NCBI RefSeq assembly: GCF_009914755.1
Contig: NC_060928.1
DNA length: 64,000 nt
Source of the DNA: the human T2T-CHM13v2.0 reference genome, Homo sapiens
Reading direction: 5' to 3' (one strand)
Shown here: positions 12,021-26,530 of the stretch, piece after piece
Layout: the number at the start of each line of letters is the position of its first letter
How positions within the stretch are numbered: the stretch's first letter is position 1
Notes under the pieces: generated by a model
The model's input: the letters and a program-made list of their open reading frames with translations, nothing else
Told to the model about the DNA's origin: nothing
The model's database searches: none
Translations under genes and position numbers: made by a program

Positions 12021-13249
12021 GACTCAGCCTGGCAGTGCCAACACACAGCCCTGAGTCTCCATCACAAACCCACCCACTGTTCATCCAACTGATTGAGCCC
12101 CTGGCCAGGGCTCAATCACAGGTTCTGTGGCCTGTATGTGGGGAGGGGCCAGCCCTCCCCCAGCCTCCAGATGGAGAGGGTGGGGGCCTGGCCTGGAGGC
12201 TGCCTGAGGGCAGGGGCTGTGGGACAGGACAGACTAAGGCTTGGCAAAGAGTGGCAACCATGGGCCCAGTGAGGCCAGCCAGAGGCACAGGACCAAGCGT
12301 GGCCACGTGGACGCAGGCCAGGAGGGTGGGGCTTCGCTCCGGTGCCCCCAGGTCGGCCCCCAGGAAGCCGTCCAGCTTGGCCTTGCACCCTCACACACAG
12401 CCTCCCTCAGCCAACCAGGTCCCCACCGGCCCCAGCACTGGGCACTCAGGGCCCAGCCCAGCAGGAGAAGGGAACACGACCACTACCATTTGACCCCAAG
12501 GCACCCAGAGTGCTCAGGCAGGGCCTGATCCTGCTGAGGCCATGGTGGCCGCTTGGTTGGTGTTTCTGTTCCCTGAGTAGCTCACGCCCTCGGGTGACAG
12601 AGCAGCCGTGAACTGCCGACTGACGGATACACCTCCCGGAATGTTTATGGACCACAGTCACTTGTATAACCACGGGGCTGCTTACGCTGGAGACTCAGAT
12701 GGAAAGCACCCTGGGGTGCCACACACACCCAGTCCCCTGCTTGGAGCCCACCTGGCCACAGCTCCCCAGCAGACCCTGCCAGGCTGACCCCTCCCCACAG
12801 CATGGTGGAGAGCTGGGGCTCCCATCCGCCGTGGGCCTGATCCTTCTTGTCCTCTCCACATTCTCCAGGGCAGAGACAGTGTCCACACTGGGGCCAAGTG
12901 GCCAAGAGCTGCAGCTGAGGCCTGCAGGGGAAGGGTGTCGGGGAGGAAGCCCAGGGCCAGAGGGTCCCACTCCCTCCCTCCACCACCCCCTTGCCCTCTG
13001 GCATGTGTCCCAGCAGCAGCCCCACCTGGGGGTCTCCACTCAGCAGGGCAGCCCCTCCAGAGGTCATGCAGGGGGCCTGGAGCTTGAGCCATGAGCCTCC
13101 CACCCACCATGAAGTGACTCTGGGAGAGACAGGCTCTGCTTGTGAGCTGATGCCCGCAGGCAAGTCCCATCTACCTTCAGGGTCCTCCTGTCAACGGCAG
13201 CATCCAGTGATGAGGCTGAGAGGATTCCATAGGCCCTGGGGTCAACCCA

Positions 13250-14095
13250 CATGCACCTGGGTGGGGAGGGTGGCACGGGGGGAGGGTGCACCTCAGGGGG
13301 TGGGTGGCATGAAGGGAGGGTGCACCTGGGCGGGGAGGGTGGCACGGGGGAGGGCACGCACGTGGGCAGGGAGGGTGGCCCAGGGGAGGGTGTACCTGAA
13401 CAGGGAGGGTGGCATAGGGGGAGGGTGGCACGGGGGGAGGGTGGCATGGGGGGAGGGTGTACCTGGACGGGGAGGGTGGCACGGGGGGAGGGTGCCACGG
13501 GGGGAGGGTGGCATGGGGGAGAGTGGCATGGGGGGGGTGGCATGGGGAGGGTGGCATGGGGGAGGGTGGCATGGGAGAGGGTGGCATGGGGGAGGGTGGC
13601 ATGGGGGAGGGTGGCATGGCGGGAGGGTGGCACGGGGAGGGTGGCATGGCGGGAGGGTGGCACGGGGAGAGTGGCATGGCGGGAGGGTGGCATGGGGGAG
13701 GGTGGCATGGGGGGAGGGTGCACCTCGGGGGGTGCGTGGCACGAAGGGAGGGCGCACCTGGGCGGGGAGGGTGGCACGGGGGGAGGGTGGCATGGGGGGA
13801 GGGTGGCAGGGGGAGCATGCCACGGGGGGAGGGTGGCATGGGGGAGAGTGGCATGGGGAGGGTGGCATGGGGGGAGGGTGGCATGGGGGAGGGTGGCATG
13901 GTGGGAGGGTGGCACGGGAAGAGTGGCATGGCGGGAGGGTGGCATGGGGGAGGGTGGCATGGGGGAGTGGCATGGGGGGAGGGTGCCATGGGGGGAGGGT
14001 GGCATGGGGGAGTGGCATGGGGGGAGGGTGCCATGGGGGGAGGGTGGCATGGGGGAGGGTGGCATGGGGGAGGTTGGCATGGGGGGAGGGCACAC
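13250..14095. repeat. G-rich 15-16-bp minisatellite (GGGGGAGGGTGGCAT)n
   Basis: Direct inspection; extreme G skew on +. Confidence 0.95.
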
Positions 14096-15544
14096 ACTTG
14101 CACTAAGACTCCCCAGGCTTCGCCCACTGCAGGGTCCCCTACTCCGTAGCCCAAGATAAGGGGGCCTTGGAACACCTGAGTTTGAGTACCTTCTCCCCTG
14201 GGGCCCTGTGTGCCTTAAATCCACGATGAGTCCCCGTGACCGCGTGGTCTCCAGGAGGCAGGGGCCGTGGGGTTCTCCTCTCACCCACGTCCACCCCAGG
14301 ATGTGCGCCATGCCTGCGTTGGGGGACAGCACCTCGATCCCCTCCAGGCGGATACCTCGCCCAGCCCAGCTGGGAAGAGGAAGGAGCAGGGTCCCTGGGG
14401 CACTAGAGTGGGCCAGACCCATGGTGGAGGGAGCCCCATCCCCACCGCACCTGGGACCCCAGGGGGTCTGCACTCTCCACCAGGACTCCAGGGCCCACAG
14501 AGGGAGGCCGAGGCTGTGGCCACCACCTAGAGTCAATCTCTGCTGCCACCCAGCGGCCTCCAGGGGAAGTGCGGGCGAAGCCTCAGGCCAGGCCAGACCA
14601 CCCGGCAGCTGGGCCCGCCAGGGAAAGCGGAGCCTGGGGCCTCAGGACCCCTCTAGGGTGGCCCGAGTCAGTCCTGGGCCTCGACTGTGCCCTGGAGGCC
14701 TGGCCAGGGGGCAGTAGGAGACATGTCCGTCCTGAGGGCCACTGGCCATGGCCTTGGCCTGGGGTTGGGCCTGTCCAGGCTCCACCAGCTCTGGGCCACC
14801 CCCTCATCCTGCCTGTGGCTGCCCGCACGGGTCCTCAGCAGACAGGAGCTGCCCAGGGCTAAGGCAGGGCCTTGCCAGTGCCCAGCTTCAGTGAAGAGTA
14901 CAAGGGGGACTCCCAGAGCAGGGCTCTCAGGCCCAGACTCAGCCCCTTGGGAAGAGGGACCCAACCTGGGGTCCCTTTGGGAGGCTGAGGCAGGAGGATC
15001 GTTTGAGTCTCCGAAGGCAGTTAGTCCCGGAAGCAGCTCTGAGAACAAGGCTGGGCCCACCCCGGCCCACCCACAGCTCATCTCTGTGGCCAGAGGGCTG
15101 GCCCAGCTCCACCACACACGGCCTCGCTGGGGACAGCCTGGGCCTCACACCCCGGCTTAAAGCTGTGGTTTATTCAGATGGGCCCTGGCCTGAGCAGATG
15201 CCGGATGGAGCTTCCCCTCTCCCAGACCTTCCCTTCTGTGCTCCCTTCCTCATCCTTCCCCATGTCCCCCTGCTTCCCCCTCCGCCCAGCACAAAAAGAC
15301 CACAGTGAGACCCCGCTGGACACCTCACCCGGCTGCCTGCCTGCCAGGTGTGGTGAGGGTATGAGTCCTGGACAAGGGGACCAACTCCTCACACACAGGG
15401 GTAGGTCATCCCCTTCCAAGCTGTCGGAGCTGCCCACGAGGCAGGTGCACAAGACAGCCTGGCCCTGGTGCCACCTGCTGCAGGGGCCTGAGACACCCTG
15501 TCCTCTGAGCTGCCCGTGACCAGGGGGTCAGAGCCCACCTTGGT

Positions 15545-15710
15545 GTTGTGGCCCCCATGGTGTCTGCTGAGACCACTCACCTCTGCCACTGCAGCCGAAA
15601 CAGCCACAGCCAAGGTCTACACAAATGCACGTCGGGGAGTTCCCATCAAACTCTACGGAAACAGGCCGCGTCTGTATGTGGCCAGTGGGCCGCGGTTTGC
15701 CGACCCCCAA
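15545..15710 (+). mobile_element. MER58A-like hAT fossil
   Basis: Ends in GGGCCGCGGTTTGCCGACCCC, resembling the MER58 terminal sequence. Confidence 0.55.
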
Positions 15711-15879
15711 CTCATGGATCACGTGTCACGAATCGTGTATGGGGACACACAGGCAAGAGCAGGGTCTACAAAAATACACGCCCCGGGCCCCGTTCAGCCA
15801 GTCCGTCCCACACCTGAGGCAGGCTCAGCAATTCCCCTCAGCCTCACCGCCACTCCCAAGACAGGCCAGGAGCCTGCTC

Positions 15880-16310
15880 TAAACACCATCGTGGAAGCCA
15901 GACAGAAAAGGCCCGCACAGCATGATCCCACGTCTACGAAATGCCCAGCTCCACAGAGACAACAAGCGGAGGGGAGGCTGCCAGGGCAGGGCAGGGTGGG
16001 GAGCGCCCACTCGTGGGGAGGGGGCTCATTTGGGCGATGGGATAAAATGGTTTGGAACCAGAGAGAGGCGGTGTCTGCACCATCTCACGAATGTACTAAA
16101 TGCCAGTTAACTGAACACTAAATTTTATGTTGAGGCTGGGCACCATGGCACGCGCCTGCAGTCCCAGCACTTTGGGAGGGTGAGGCAGGAGGACTGTTTG
16201 AGCCCCAGAGGTCAAGACTGCAGTGAGCCATGATCACACCACTGCACTCCAATCTTGGTGACTGGGGGAGACCCTGTCTCAAAAATAATATAATAATAAA
16301 TTAATAAATG
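15880..16310 (+). mobile_element. Old L1M 3'UTR fragment followed by a short Alu (16134-16310)
   Basis: GAATGTACTAAATGCCA..AACTG; monomer-length Alu with an AT-rich tail. Confidence 0.6.
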
Positions 16311-17108
16311 TATTAATACTAACAATAAAAACAATGTTTCCAATAAATTATTATAACACTTTAGAGGAGAAAGACTGGAGTCAGGATGGCTCTGACTCTG
16401 CCACCTGTCACTTGAGAGGCATACGACTTGGAGCGGGGCTGAGGCAGGCGGAGACCCTGCTTGGGGCTTCCCAGCAGCCTTTTGCCCCGGGAGCTGCAAT
16501 AGCAGCGGTGGACAAGCCAGAGGCAGCCCCAGGCCTGCTGTGGGCAGCAAAGGTCTCCATCAACCCCATGTCCCAGGCAAGGCCAGGTCTCTGGGCCTCA
16601 GTGTGGGGCAGTGAGGCCAGCTTGCAGCCCAGGCCGTTCCCACACATGCTAACCTCTGAGAGTCCAGGGACAGCACTGTGGGGCTCCTGTGCCGGGCATT
16701 ACGGCTTCCTGTCCCTGGAGTGTGTCCCCCGCTGCCTGGGAACTCCTCAGGGAAGGGCACACAGCAGTCCCAGGGAAACAGCCTCTGAGCTGAAGGCGCC
16801 CAACCACAGAGGGAAGGTGCCATATCCACGGTGCACTGGGCAGCCTCTGAGACGCCCCAGAGAAAGAGAGTGGGGAGACTGAGGCACCCTACAGAAGGAA
16901 AAAGCTATAGAAACACTGATTCAAGAAGCTAAAAAAAACAGCCAAATCAACCAGCAAACACGTGGAATAAACACACAGAAAAGCCGCTCCCACAGGCAAC
17001 CCACTGAAAACCAAAAATACAGAGATCTTAAAAGCTTCCTGAGGACGGGGGACACATGATATACAAGGAAACAGCAACAAAAAAATTGCTCCTCACTTTT
17101 AAAAATTA

Positions 17109-17745
<637 letters not shown>

Positions 17746-17929
17746 ACAAGAGAACTGTCACATGACCGTCTCAACAGACAACTAACAAATAATAAAAGCA
17801 ACACCCATTCGTGACGTTTTATCATCTGCGCCCTTAGAGTAGAGCCACGGGGACAAAGCTGGAACGAAGCCTGAGTCCTCTCATCACCATCCTTGACTCA
17901 GCAGCCGTCTGAAGCCACAGAACGCTCCA

Positions 17930-18430
17930 CAGGCGTGCATGCACGTGGGCAGTTTGCACGCCTGTGTATACACACCACGCAGGCACACACTACACAGTGC
18001 TCACACGTGTGCATATTATACAGTTGTACATGGACACACATGCCCATGTGCACACAGACCCACCTGCAAATACCTGTGGACACACAGTTACACGTGCACA
18101 CACACAGGTACACTTACACACAGACTCCCATGCAGAAAATGTAGGCACACATGTAGTTATGCCTGTAGGCACATATGCACACACGTGCACAGACATACAT
18201 GCATGTGCACAGGGCGCACGCAGGCATAGGTACACACTCGTGCTCACACGCATAGGTACACGCTCATGCTCACACGCATAGGTACATGCTCATGCGCACA
18301 CACATAGGTACACGCTCATGTGCACACACATAGCTTTACACTCATGCTCACAAACATAGGTACTCATGCTCACACACATAGGTACACGTGCTCACATGCA
18401 TAGGTACACTCATGCTCACACACACGAGCG
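17930..18430. repeat. CA/purine-pyrimidine low-complexity tract with an embedded ~26-bp repeat
   Basis: CACACGCATAGGTACACGCTCATGCT repeated over about 18220-18425. Confidence 0.85.
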
Positions 18431-18479
18431 CATATCTCCCTGCATTCCAAACGGTGAAACACTCACAGGCTTCATTATT

Positions 18480-19110
18480 TAAACCATAATTTACACCAAT
18501 GCAATAAACCTAGAAATGAATGCAAAGGTCTAAAGAAGCAGCCAGATGATTTGAAAGTTTAGAAATGCTCTAAACAACTCCTGGGTCAGAGGGTAAATAA
18601 AATTCGCCTCAAGAGACGATTTTATAATTATATGGAAAGAGAAATTGCAGGTCCACGAAGCCAGATGGAGGAGGAGTTGGTGGAGAATTCACAACTTTAA
18701 ATGCTTTTATTACTGAGCAAGAGAGACTGGAAATAAATGAACAAAATACTCGACACAGGAGGGAAAAACAACCATAAAGCAGATTCACGGGAGGCAGGAG
18801 AGGCGGGAATGAAGATAAAGGCAGAATTAATGAATTGGAAACAAGAAGAATGGGTGAGCCCATCAGTAAATCCAAGAGCCGGTTCTTCCCAATAAATAAA
18901 TAAATAAAATAAGCAAGGCTCCAAGCATCTCATCAACAGAGCGGGGAAGCAAGGGAGCCCGGGACCGAGAGGGGATCAGAGCAGCCCAGGAGATTGAAAG
19001 TGACAGCTAATGCATTCGATATTCCTCACAAAACTGACCATTCTCCAAGAACATATACATTACCAGAATTAACTTAAAGAGGTTTTAAAAAAAAAATCTA
19101 TATCCATAAC
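18480..19110 (+). mobile_element. Degenerate L1 ORF2-region fragment
   Basis: A-rich; CAATGCAATAAACCTAGAAAT, AACAACTCCTGGGTCA, AAGGCAGAATTAATGAATTGGAA. Confidence 0.55.
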
Positions 19111-19792
19111 TGCAGGAAAAGAGAAAAGGGGGCATGACTGGGGGGTCTGGCTACAGGACCTCACTTCCTGTTCAGCACCAACGCAGAACCCACCATTCAG
19201 GGCAATGAGGCTGTGGCTGGGGGAGCGCCCGGGGTTTCAGGGACACCCGGGAGGACCAGCAGAACACCAGGAGGGGCCCAGGGAGGGGCTCTCTGGCAGT
19301 GAGTAGCAGGTGGCAGAGGGAGTGCGGGGTTTGCAGCCTGTGAGGGAACCGGGGCCTCTTCACTGGCTGTCCGGGAAACTGGATTGGAGCCCACAGTGGA
19401 CTCTGCCTGCCTGTGACCCTGACCTCGGGGTGTGGCAGGAGGTGTCTAAGCTGCTTCGTGCAAACAGGACTCCCCTGTATGGGGTCCAGTGGAGACAGGG
19501 CAGGGTGGGCAGGAGGGAAGAGGTCTCTGCTGAGGGCTCCTGTTACCCTCTGAGCTCCATCCCTGCCCCCACAACCCCTCCACACCCGTCCACACACACA
19601 GAGGAAAGCAGGGAAGGGGCAGAGTCAGCCCTGAGGTCTAATACAGCTCTCAGGGCCACCACCTCGGCCACCATGTTCAGCCATCAACCAGCAGCTCCCT
19701 CCCCTGTTCCCATCTGGTTTCACATCAAGATCATACGTGCCTGGGACATAATTTGGGCACGGTCTTTTTTTTCCATTCTCTGAACGGAATTA

Positions 19793-20164
<372 letters not shown>

Positions 20165-20510
20165 TCATCTGGGGCTGAGGCTTTCTTTGCAGGAAGATTT
20201 TAAACTACTGTTTCATTCTGGTAAGTGGCTGCAGGACTATTTACAGGTTCTCTTTCTCCTTGAGTCAGTTTTTAGCAATTTTTTCCAGGAATTTGTCTGT
20301 TTCCTCTAAGTCATTCATAATATCCTCTATCTTTATAATCCAGACTGCATCTCTAGTTCTGCCTCTCTTTTCATTCCCAGTAGTATTTATTTGCTCATTC
20401 TCCCCTTTTCTCAATTAAGCTAAAAGACTTTTGCCAGTTATTTGGTCTCACAAAGAAAACCTTGTGGGTCTTCTCCGCTGTGGCTTTGTTGTCAGTTTCA
20501 TTCATTTCTG

Positions 20511-20812
20511 GGTTTTGTTTTGTTTTTTTGAGACAGGGTCTCGCACTGTCATCCAGGCTGGAGTGGAGTAGTGTGATCTTGGCTCACTGCAGCCTCAACC
20601 TCCGGGACTCAAACAATCTTCCCACCTCAGCCTCCTAAGAAGCTGGTACTACAAGCATGAGCCACCACACCCAACTAATTTTTTTATTTTTAGTAGAGAC
20701 GAGGTCTTGCTATGTTGCCCAGGCTGGTCCCAAACTCCTGAACTCAAGCAATCCTCCCCGCTGTTGGCCTTCCAAAGTGCTAGGACTGCAGGCGCCAGCC
20801 ACTGTGCCCAGC
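20511..20812 (-). mobile_element. Alu (AluJ-like)
   Basis: Antisense dimer; CTCAAGCAATCCTCC. Confidence 0.9.
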
Positions 20813-20971
20813 TATTTTTCACTCCTATTTCTTCTAATACAGTCACTGAGGACTGTAAATTCCCTTCTACACACCACTTGGGATCTACTCCACAAGCACG
20901 GATCTGCCGCGCCCACTGCCAACGGTTCTAAGTCTTTTCTCACTTCCGTTGATTTCTTCTATAACCCATGA

Positions 20972-21384
<413 letters not shown>

Positions 21385-24300
21385 ATGATACTAATTCTTT
21401 GAAATGTACTGGCATTTGCTTTCTGGCCTATAAATAGTCCATTTCTGATAGGCTCCATGTGTGCCTGAAACTAATGTGATTTCCCAGCTGGGTGAGCCCC
21501 ATTCCATAGACACCCCTCCGCTCAAGCCCAGGAGCCAGCACCATCAAACCTCATGTATCCTTATTGTTTCCTTTTGAGTCTACTTGACCGATTAACCACC
21601 AAGAGGATTACGAGACCTCTGCCTAGGACGGGGGTTGTGAATTTCTCCTCGCAGTTGGCTGGGTTTTGCGGCAGTGCATTGCTTTGGGAAACAGCTAACT
21701 TTGTGGTGTTGCCCCGTTCACGGGAGATCCCGTCCGTCCTCGCGCTTCAAGCTTCCCGCTGTACGTGGACTCACTCCTGCGCTCTCCACCTGAGCCCACG
21801 GCCTCGGGCACCTGGCTCACTCGTCCCTCAGGGCCTTCACACTGGCTGTCCTGGGTGGAACTCACTTCCCCAGATCCCATGCCCTCACCTCCTGAGTCTA
21901 GAGCAGCAGCCAAGAATTGGCCAATCCACCTCTGTCAGAGGAGAAAGTGCGTGCCTGCCCAAGACCTGGGTTTTTCGGGTACAGAGGGGTCCGCGTCTGC
22001 GTCTGCCAGACCAGGCATCGGGAGGCCACGGGGCTAGCATGGGGCCCAGGGTCCTCAAGGGAGACCTCCCTCCCTCCACCCAAAGGCCAGCCAGGAGGAG
22101 AGCTGAAATTCCTGCTCTTGCTGGGGGGGGGTCCCATCTGCAGGGCTGGAACAGCGAAGGTGCCCCTCCAGTGTTACCCATGGCCCCAGCATCTGCCCCT
22201 CCTCCCCCCAGGGCACTGGCTGAGCTGCACATGCGGCGGCGAGCACGAGAACAAGGAGCTCCCGCTGCACCAGAGCACGGGCAGGCTCCTCTCCTGGTGA
22301 GGGCTGCCTGGTGAGGGCCACAACCGTCTGGGGCTGGGGAGTGCCTGGGCAGACAAGCTCTCGGCACAGGGAGGTCCGGGGCTCTCAGCTGGGCTGGGCT
22401 GCCATGCCTCCGGCACCCATGCTCGGGTGGGGGGTGGGGGCGGGGATGGCCAGAGAATAGGCCCAGGATAAGGAACAAAAAGTTAGACAAGCACGGGGCC
22501 TGTGACTGCAGGGGACTGGCTGGCTCTGAGGCCCTGGCACAGAGGCTGCCACCCCACGCTGCCAGGGAGGCTCCCAGCCAGGCCGTCCCCACCTCCCCGG
22601 GTCTTCAGAGGCTCTGGGCAGGGCTGGAGGGAACGGTTGGGGGTGAGGCCAGCCCTCGAGGGACAGAGGGAGCCTGGGGGAGGATGGAGACGTATTCAGG
22701 AGAAGACATAGGTGTGGATGCTCTGGGAAGGGTGGGGAAGCCATCCCTCTCTCATCCCCATATCCCTGCCCCACCTCGCCTCAGCCTCTTCCCCTCAGGA
22801 GCCCTCCACAGGGACAGGAGCCCTGCAGTGGGGAAGGCCCCAGGAGAGGGGGAGGGCTGGGGGCAGCCCGGCAGGGGTGGGCAGGGGTGGGCAGGGGTGG
22901 GCCACTGCAGCAGTGCTGGGGGCTAGGGGCAGGGAGGGGCCTGTCTGAAGGATCCCAGCCTTGGGACTGAGGAGTGGCCTCACAGGCCCCCAGCGCAGGA
23001 AGGGAGCTGTCCCAGGGTACCAGGCACAACCCCGGCCCTCCCACCATGTCTGCCCAGCCCAGTGGATCCCACACGGGCTGACCGCTGAGGTGGGTGCCCA
23101 AAGCAGGTCCCAGGGACCCAGGGGCTGCACTGTGCCTCAGGCCCCCCATTCCTCCCATCCACCTGTCCACGGCTCTGGGGTCACCCCAGAGGGCCCTGGG
23201 ACCCCCTGCCTGTGGCTAGTCGAGGAAAGACCAAGTCCAGGCCCACCGTGGGTGACACAGCTGAGCAGCCCCCACCCCACCAGAACTTCCTGCAGCTTCA
23301 GCAGCAGCCTCTCTCCATCCCCAAGGGGCCAAGCATCCACACGAGGCAGCAGGCCAACCCCCAAGGCTGCCCCCGGCCTCAGGCAGGTGACCCTGCAGGG
23401 CCAACCAAGGGACTCAAATGCCCCTGGTGAGGGTCCTGGCCCCCCATTCCAGGAAACACGCAGACACGCCCAAGGGAAAATACAGCCCTGGGGACAAGCC
23501 CCAGGGGCCGGGCTGTGAGCTCACTCGCACACACACGCCACCCTGTGCTAGGCAGACAGGGGACCCAAGGGTGCCCTGAACCTTCCGTCTCAGTCTCCCC
23601 ACCCGCAGAGGACACAGCAGGTCGGCACTGCAGAAGAACCGGCTGCACTGCCCCACCGAGGGCCCCACCAACCAGACACCCTACATCAAGGGCACCGAGG
23701 GGAATGGCCCTGGGCTCGGGCCTCAGGAGGAGCCTCCAGCCCCACTCACCAGCCAGCCGGAAAGGTTCTGCCCAGGAGAGCCAGAGGTTTGGGGAAGGAG
23801 GAGATGAGGTAGGGTAGGAGGTGAGAGAGGTGGGGAAGCCCTGGGGGAAGGTGGCAAGTCCAAGGGTTGCAGGCAGGACCAGACGCTCCGTCAAGGGAAG
23901 GGGAGTGTCGGAGGGGTGGGGGGCGGCTGGTGACTGCACACGTAAACCCCAGCTCACCCCACATCCCCTCGCTCCCACACACCCAGGCCAGGCTCAGAGC
24001 TGGTGAGGGGCCCCTGGGCTGGGGTGTGAGCAGTCAGTGGCCCCCCTCCTCCTGCCTGTCCTTGAAGGGGACTCAGGTAGCGAGAGTCAGCTGGGAACTG
24101 TTCTAGACTCCAGGTAACACAGTGGACAGATCTCCCAAACCTGGGTCACCATCCAGCGGGAGGGGACGCCGGGTGGACTCAGCGTAGAGAGTGACTGCAG
24201 GGAGGGGGCGAGGCCCCACCTGCCCCTGGGGCATCCAGGCCTTGGTGGGGACCTCGGGCCCCTCTGCAGCCACAGCGACACACCCTGCCTCATCTCTGAC

Positions 24301-25161
24301 GCCCTCCCCGACCTGCAGCAGAGGGCCCTGTGGGACCCTGGCAGGCCTGACACCACCACCATGCCAGCCCCACAGCCCTGTCTCCCATTGCTGTCCAGAT
24401 TGCCATGTCCTGCAGACCAGTGGCCGGTGCCCTGGAGGCCACTCCAGCCCCACAGCCAGCCTCTGACCTGAGGGACCCTGCCCTGTACTAAGTCATCTCA
24501 GAGCACCGCCCGCCCCACCCCAAATCCCAGCACCCTGGATGACTACGCAGGTGACTGTGGCTTTTGCTAAACCACCCGGAGCTGATCTCCACAAATTTAA
24601 TCCAAAACACAACCTTCCTGTGCAGTCTGGCAACTGTGTCAAAGTCCAATGCCAGGGCCCTCCCTTCCCTTCACACGAGGCCAGGGGTGGCTCTGGGGAG
24701 CAGGTGACACTCTCTTGAGCCCCTGTTCTGTCAGTCCCAGCACAGGAGCCACCCAGGGCCTGCCAACGACAGGAGGGCTCCTGACCCCGGGCCAGCACAG
24801 CAGGAGAGTAGGCACTGCCCCAACGGAGGAGGGCAGAGCCTGGCCAGGAAGGGGGATCCCACTTGCTAAGGCCCCAAACTCCCCAGCGCCATCCCCCGTC
24901 TTGCAGGGCAGAGGCAGGAGGGTCACCCGAGAGCCAGAACCCCACTTTCACCCAAGCAGCTCGGCCTCAGGAAAGCTGATCCAACAAAACCACACCACTC
25001 GCCACCTTTGCCCACCTTTGATCTGTGGCCCATGTCAGTTAAGAAAGTGGCATTGATTAACTTCAATGACCTTTCATGAATTGTATTGAGAAAAAAACAA
25101 GAAAATTTCAAAAAAGTATTAATGTTTTCTTTTGCTATCGCAAACTCGAAACCCCTACGAT

Positions 25162-25167
25162 TTTATT
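25162..25167 (-). terminator. Polyadenylation signal AATAAA
   Basis: TTTATT on +; followed on the minus strand by a U-rich downstream element (TTTTTTGAAATTTTCTTGTTTTTTT, about 25116-25092). Confidence 0.75.
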
Positions 25168-25850
25168 AAAAGTGCAAGAATGAAAAACAGGAAATCCCTT
25201 GCCTTGTCTGGTTCTGAGCCAGAGACCAGAGGCCTGAGGCGCAGCCAGGCCCACTTCAGATGGTGGAAACGAAAATTAATCAGAAGTCGTATGCACAAAG
25301 CAAAGGCCTTGTATTAAATTCACAGAGTGGGTGCTGACGGGTGCTGCCGGCAGGACAGCCTTCCCAGAGGTCTGGCACTACACCCCACCTGAAGGTGCAA
25401 GGGCCCTCCCAGGCCACGGGAAGCAGGGACTCATGGCACCTTGGTCTGCCCCAAAGGCCATCACTGCCACCGGTGGAAAACCAGGCGGCCACAAGCTGGC
25501 GGTTCACTGGCACGTGGGTGACAAGGTTCATGGGCACAGATGCCCATGCGCAAGCCCCAAGCACCGTGACCCGTCGGGAGGGGGGGACACACGGGGCCAG
25601 TGGGACTCTGACCACCAACGCCCGGGGTTTCCTAGCAACTAAAGCACACAAGGCGCCCTGCACAGCAGGCCTTTCGTGGGGAACACAGACGCATGTTAAT
25701 CTGTTTGCAGATTCATGTTTAATAGAACGCCCTTCTGAAATGCATCCAAAATAGAGAAGCTTTCTCCCGAACTGCAAAAGCCATAAAAATGCAAAATGCT
25801 TCTTTAGGAAAAACTGAATCAAAATTACGCCTTAATGTTCCAAGCAACAC

Positions 25851-26520
25851 GAAACCTACTCTGTGCCCCAGGGCAGGTGCCGGCAGCAGCCATGGCCCCG
25901 ACCAGCTCACATGAAACCTAGTCTGTGCCCCAGGGCAGTGCAGGCGGCAGCCGTGGCCCCGACCAACTCACAGGAAACCTACTCTGTGCCCCAGGGCAGG
26001 TGCCGGTGGCAGCCATGGCCCCGACCAGCTCACAGGAAACCTACTCTGTGCCCCGGGGCAGGTGCAGGCGGCAGCCATGGCCCCGACCAGCTCACAGGAA
26101 ACCTACTCTGTGCCCTGGGGCAGGTGCAGGCAGCAGCCATGGCCCCGACCAGCTCACAGGAAACCTAGTCTGTGCCCCAGGGCAGTGCAGGCGGCAGCCG
26201 TGGCCCCGACCAGCTCACAGGAAACCTACTCTGTGCCCCAGGGCAGGTGCCGGTGGCAGCCGTGGCCCCGACCAGCTCACAGGAAACCTACTCTGTGCCC
26301 CAGGGCAGGTGCCGGCGGCAGCCGTGGCCCCGACCAGCTCACAGGAAACCTACTCTGTGCCCCAGGGCAGGTGCCGGCGGCAGCCGTGGCCCCGACCAGC
26401 TCACAGGAAACCTACTCTGTGCCCCAGGGCAGGTGCCGGGCCGTGGCCCCGACCAGCTCACAGGAAACCTACTCTGTGCCCCAGGGCAGGTGCAGGCGGC
26501 AGCCATGGCCCCGACCAGCC
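25851..26520. repeat. 60-62-bp minisatellite, about 11 copies, in the FAM53A 3'UTR
   Basis: Unit GGAAACCTACTCTGTGCCCCAGGGCAGGTGCCGGCGGCAGCCGTGGCCCCGACCAGCTCACA; GAAACC at 26221, 26283, 26345. Confidence 0.96.
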
Positions 26521-26530
26521 CCCACCAGCC

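Larger units (their letters stand above)
25120..26530 (-). other. FAM53A: FAM53A 3'UTR
   Basis: Runs from the stop codon to the polyadenylation region; contains AT-rich blocks and a 62-bp VNTR; 3' end approximate. Confidence 0.75.

Noticed and set aside
12991-14536. Multiple 230-490-aa Gly/Trp- or Pro/His-rich ORFs
   Set aside because: Open in nearly all frames because the G-rich repeat lacks stop codons
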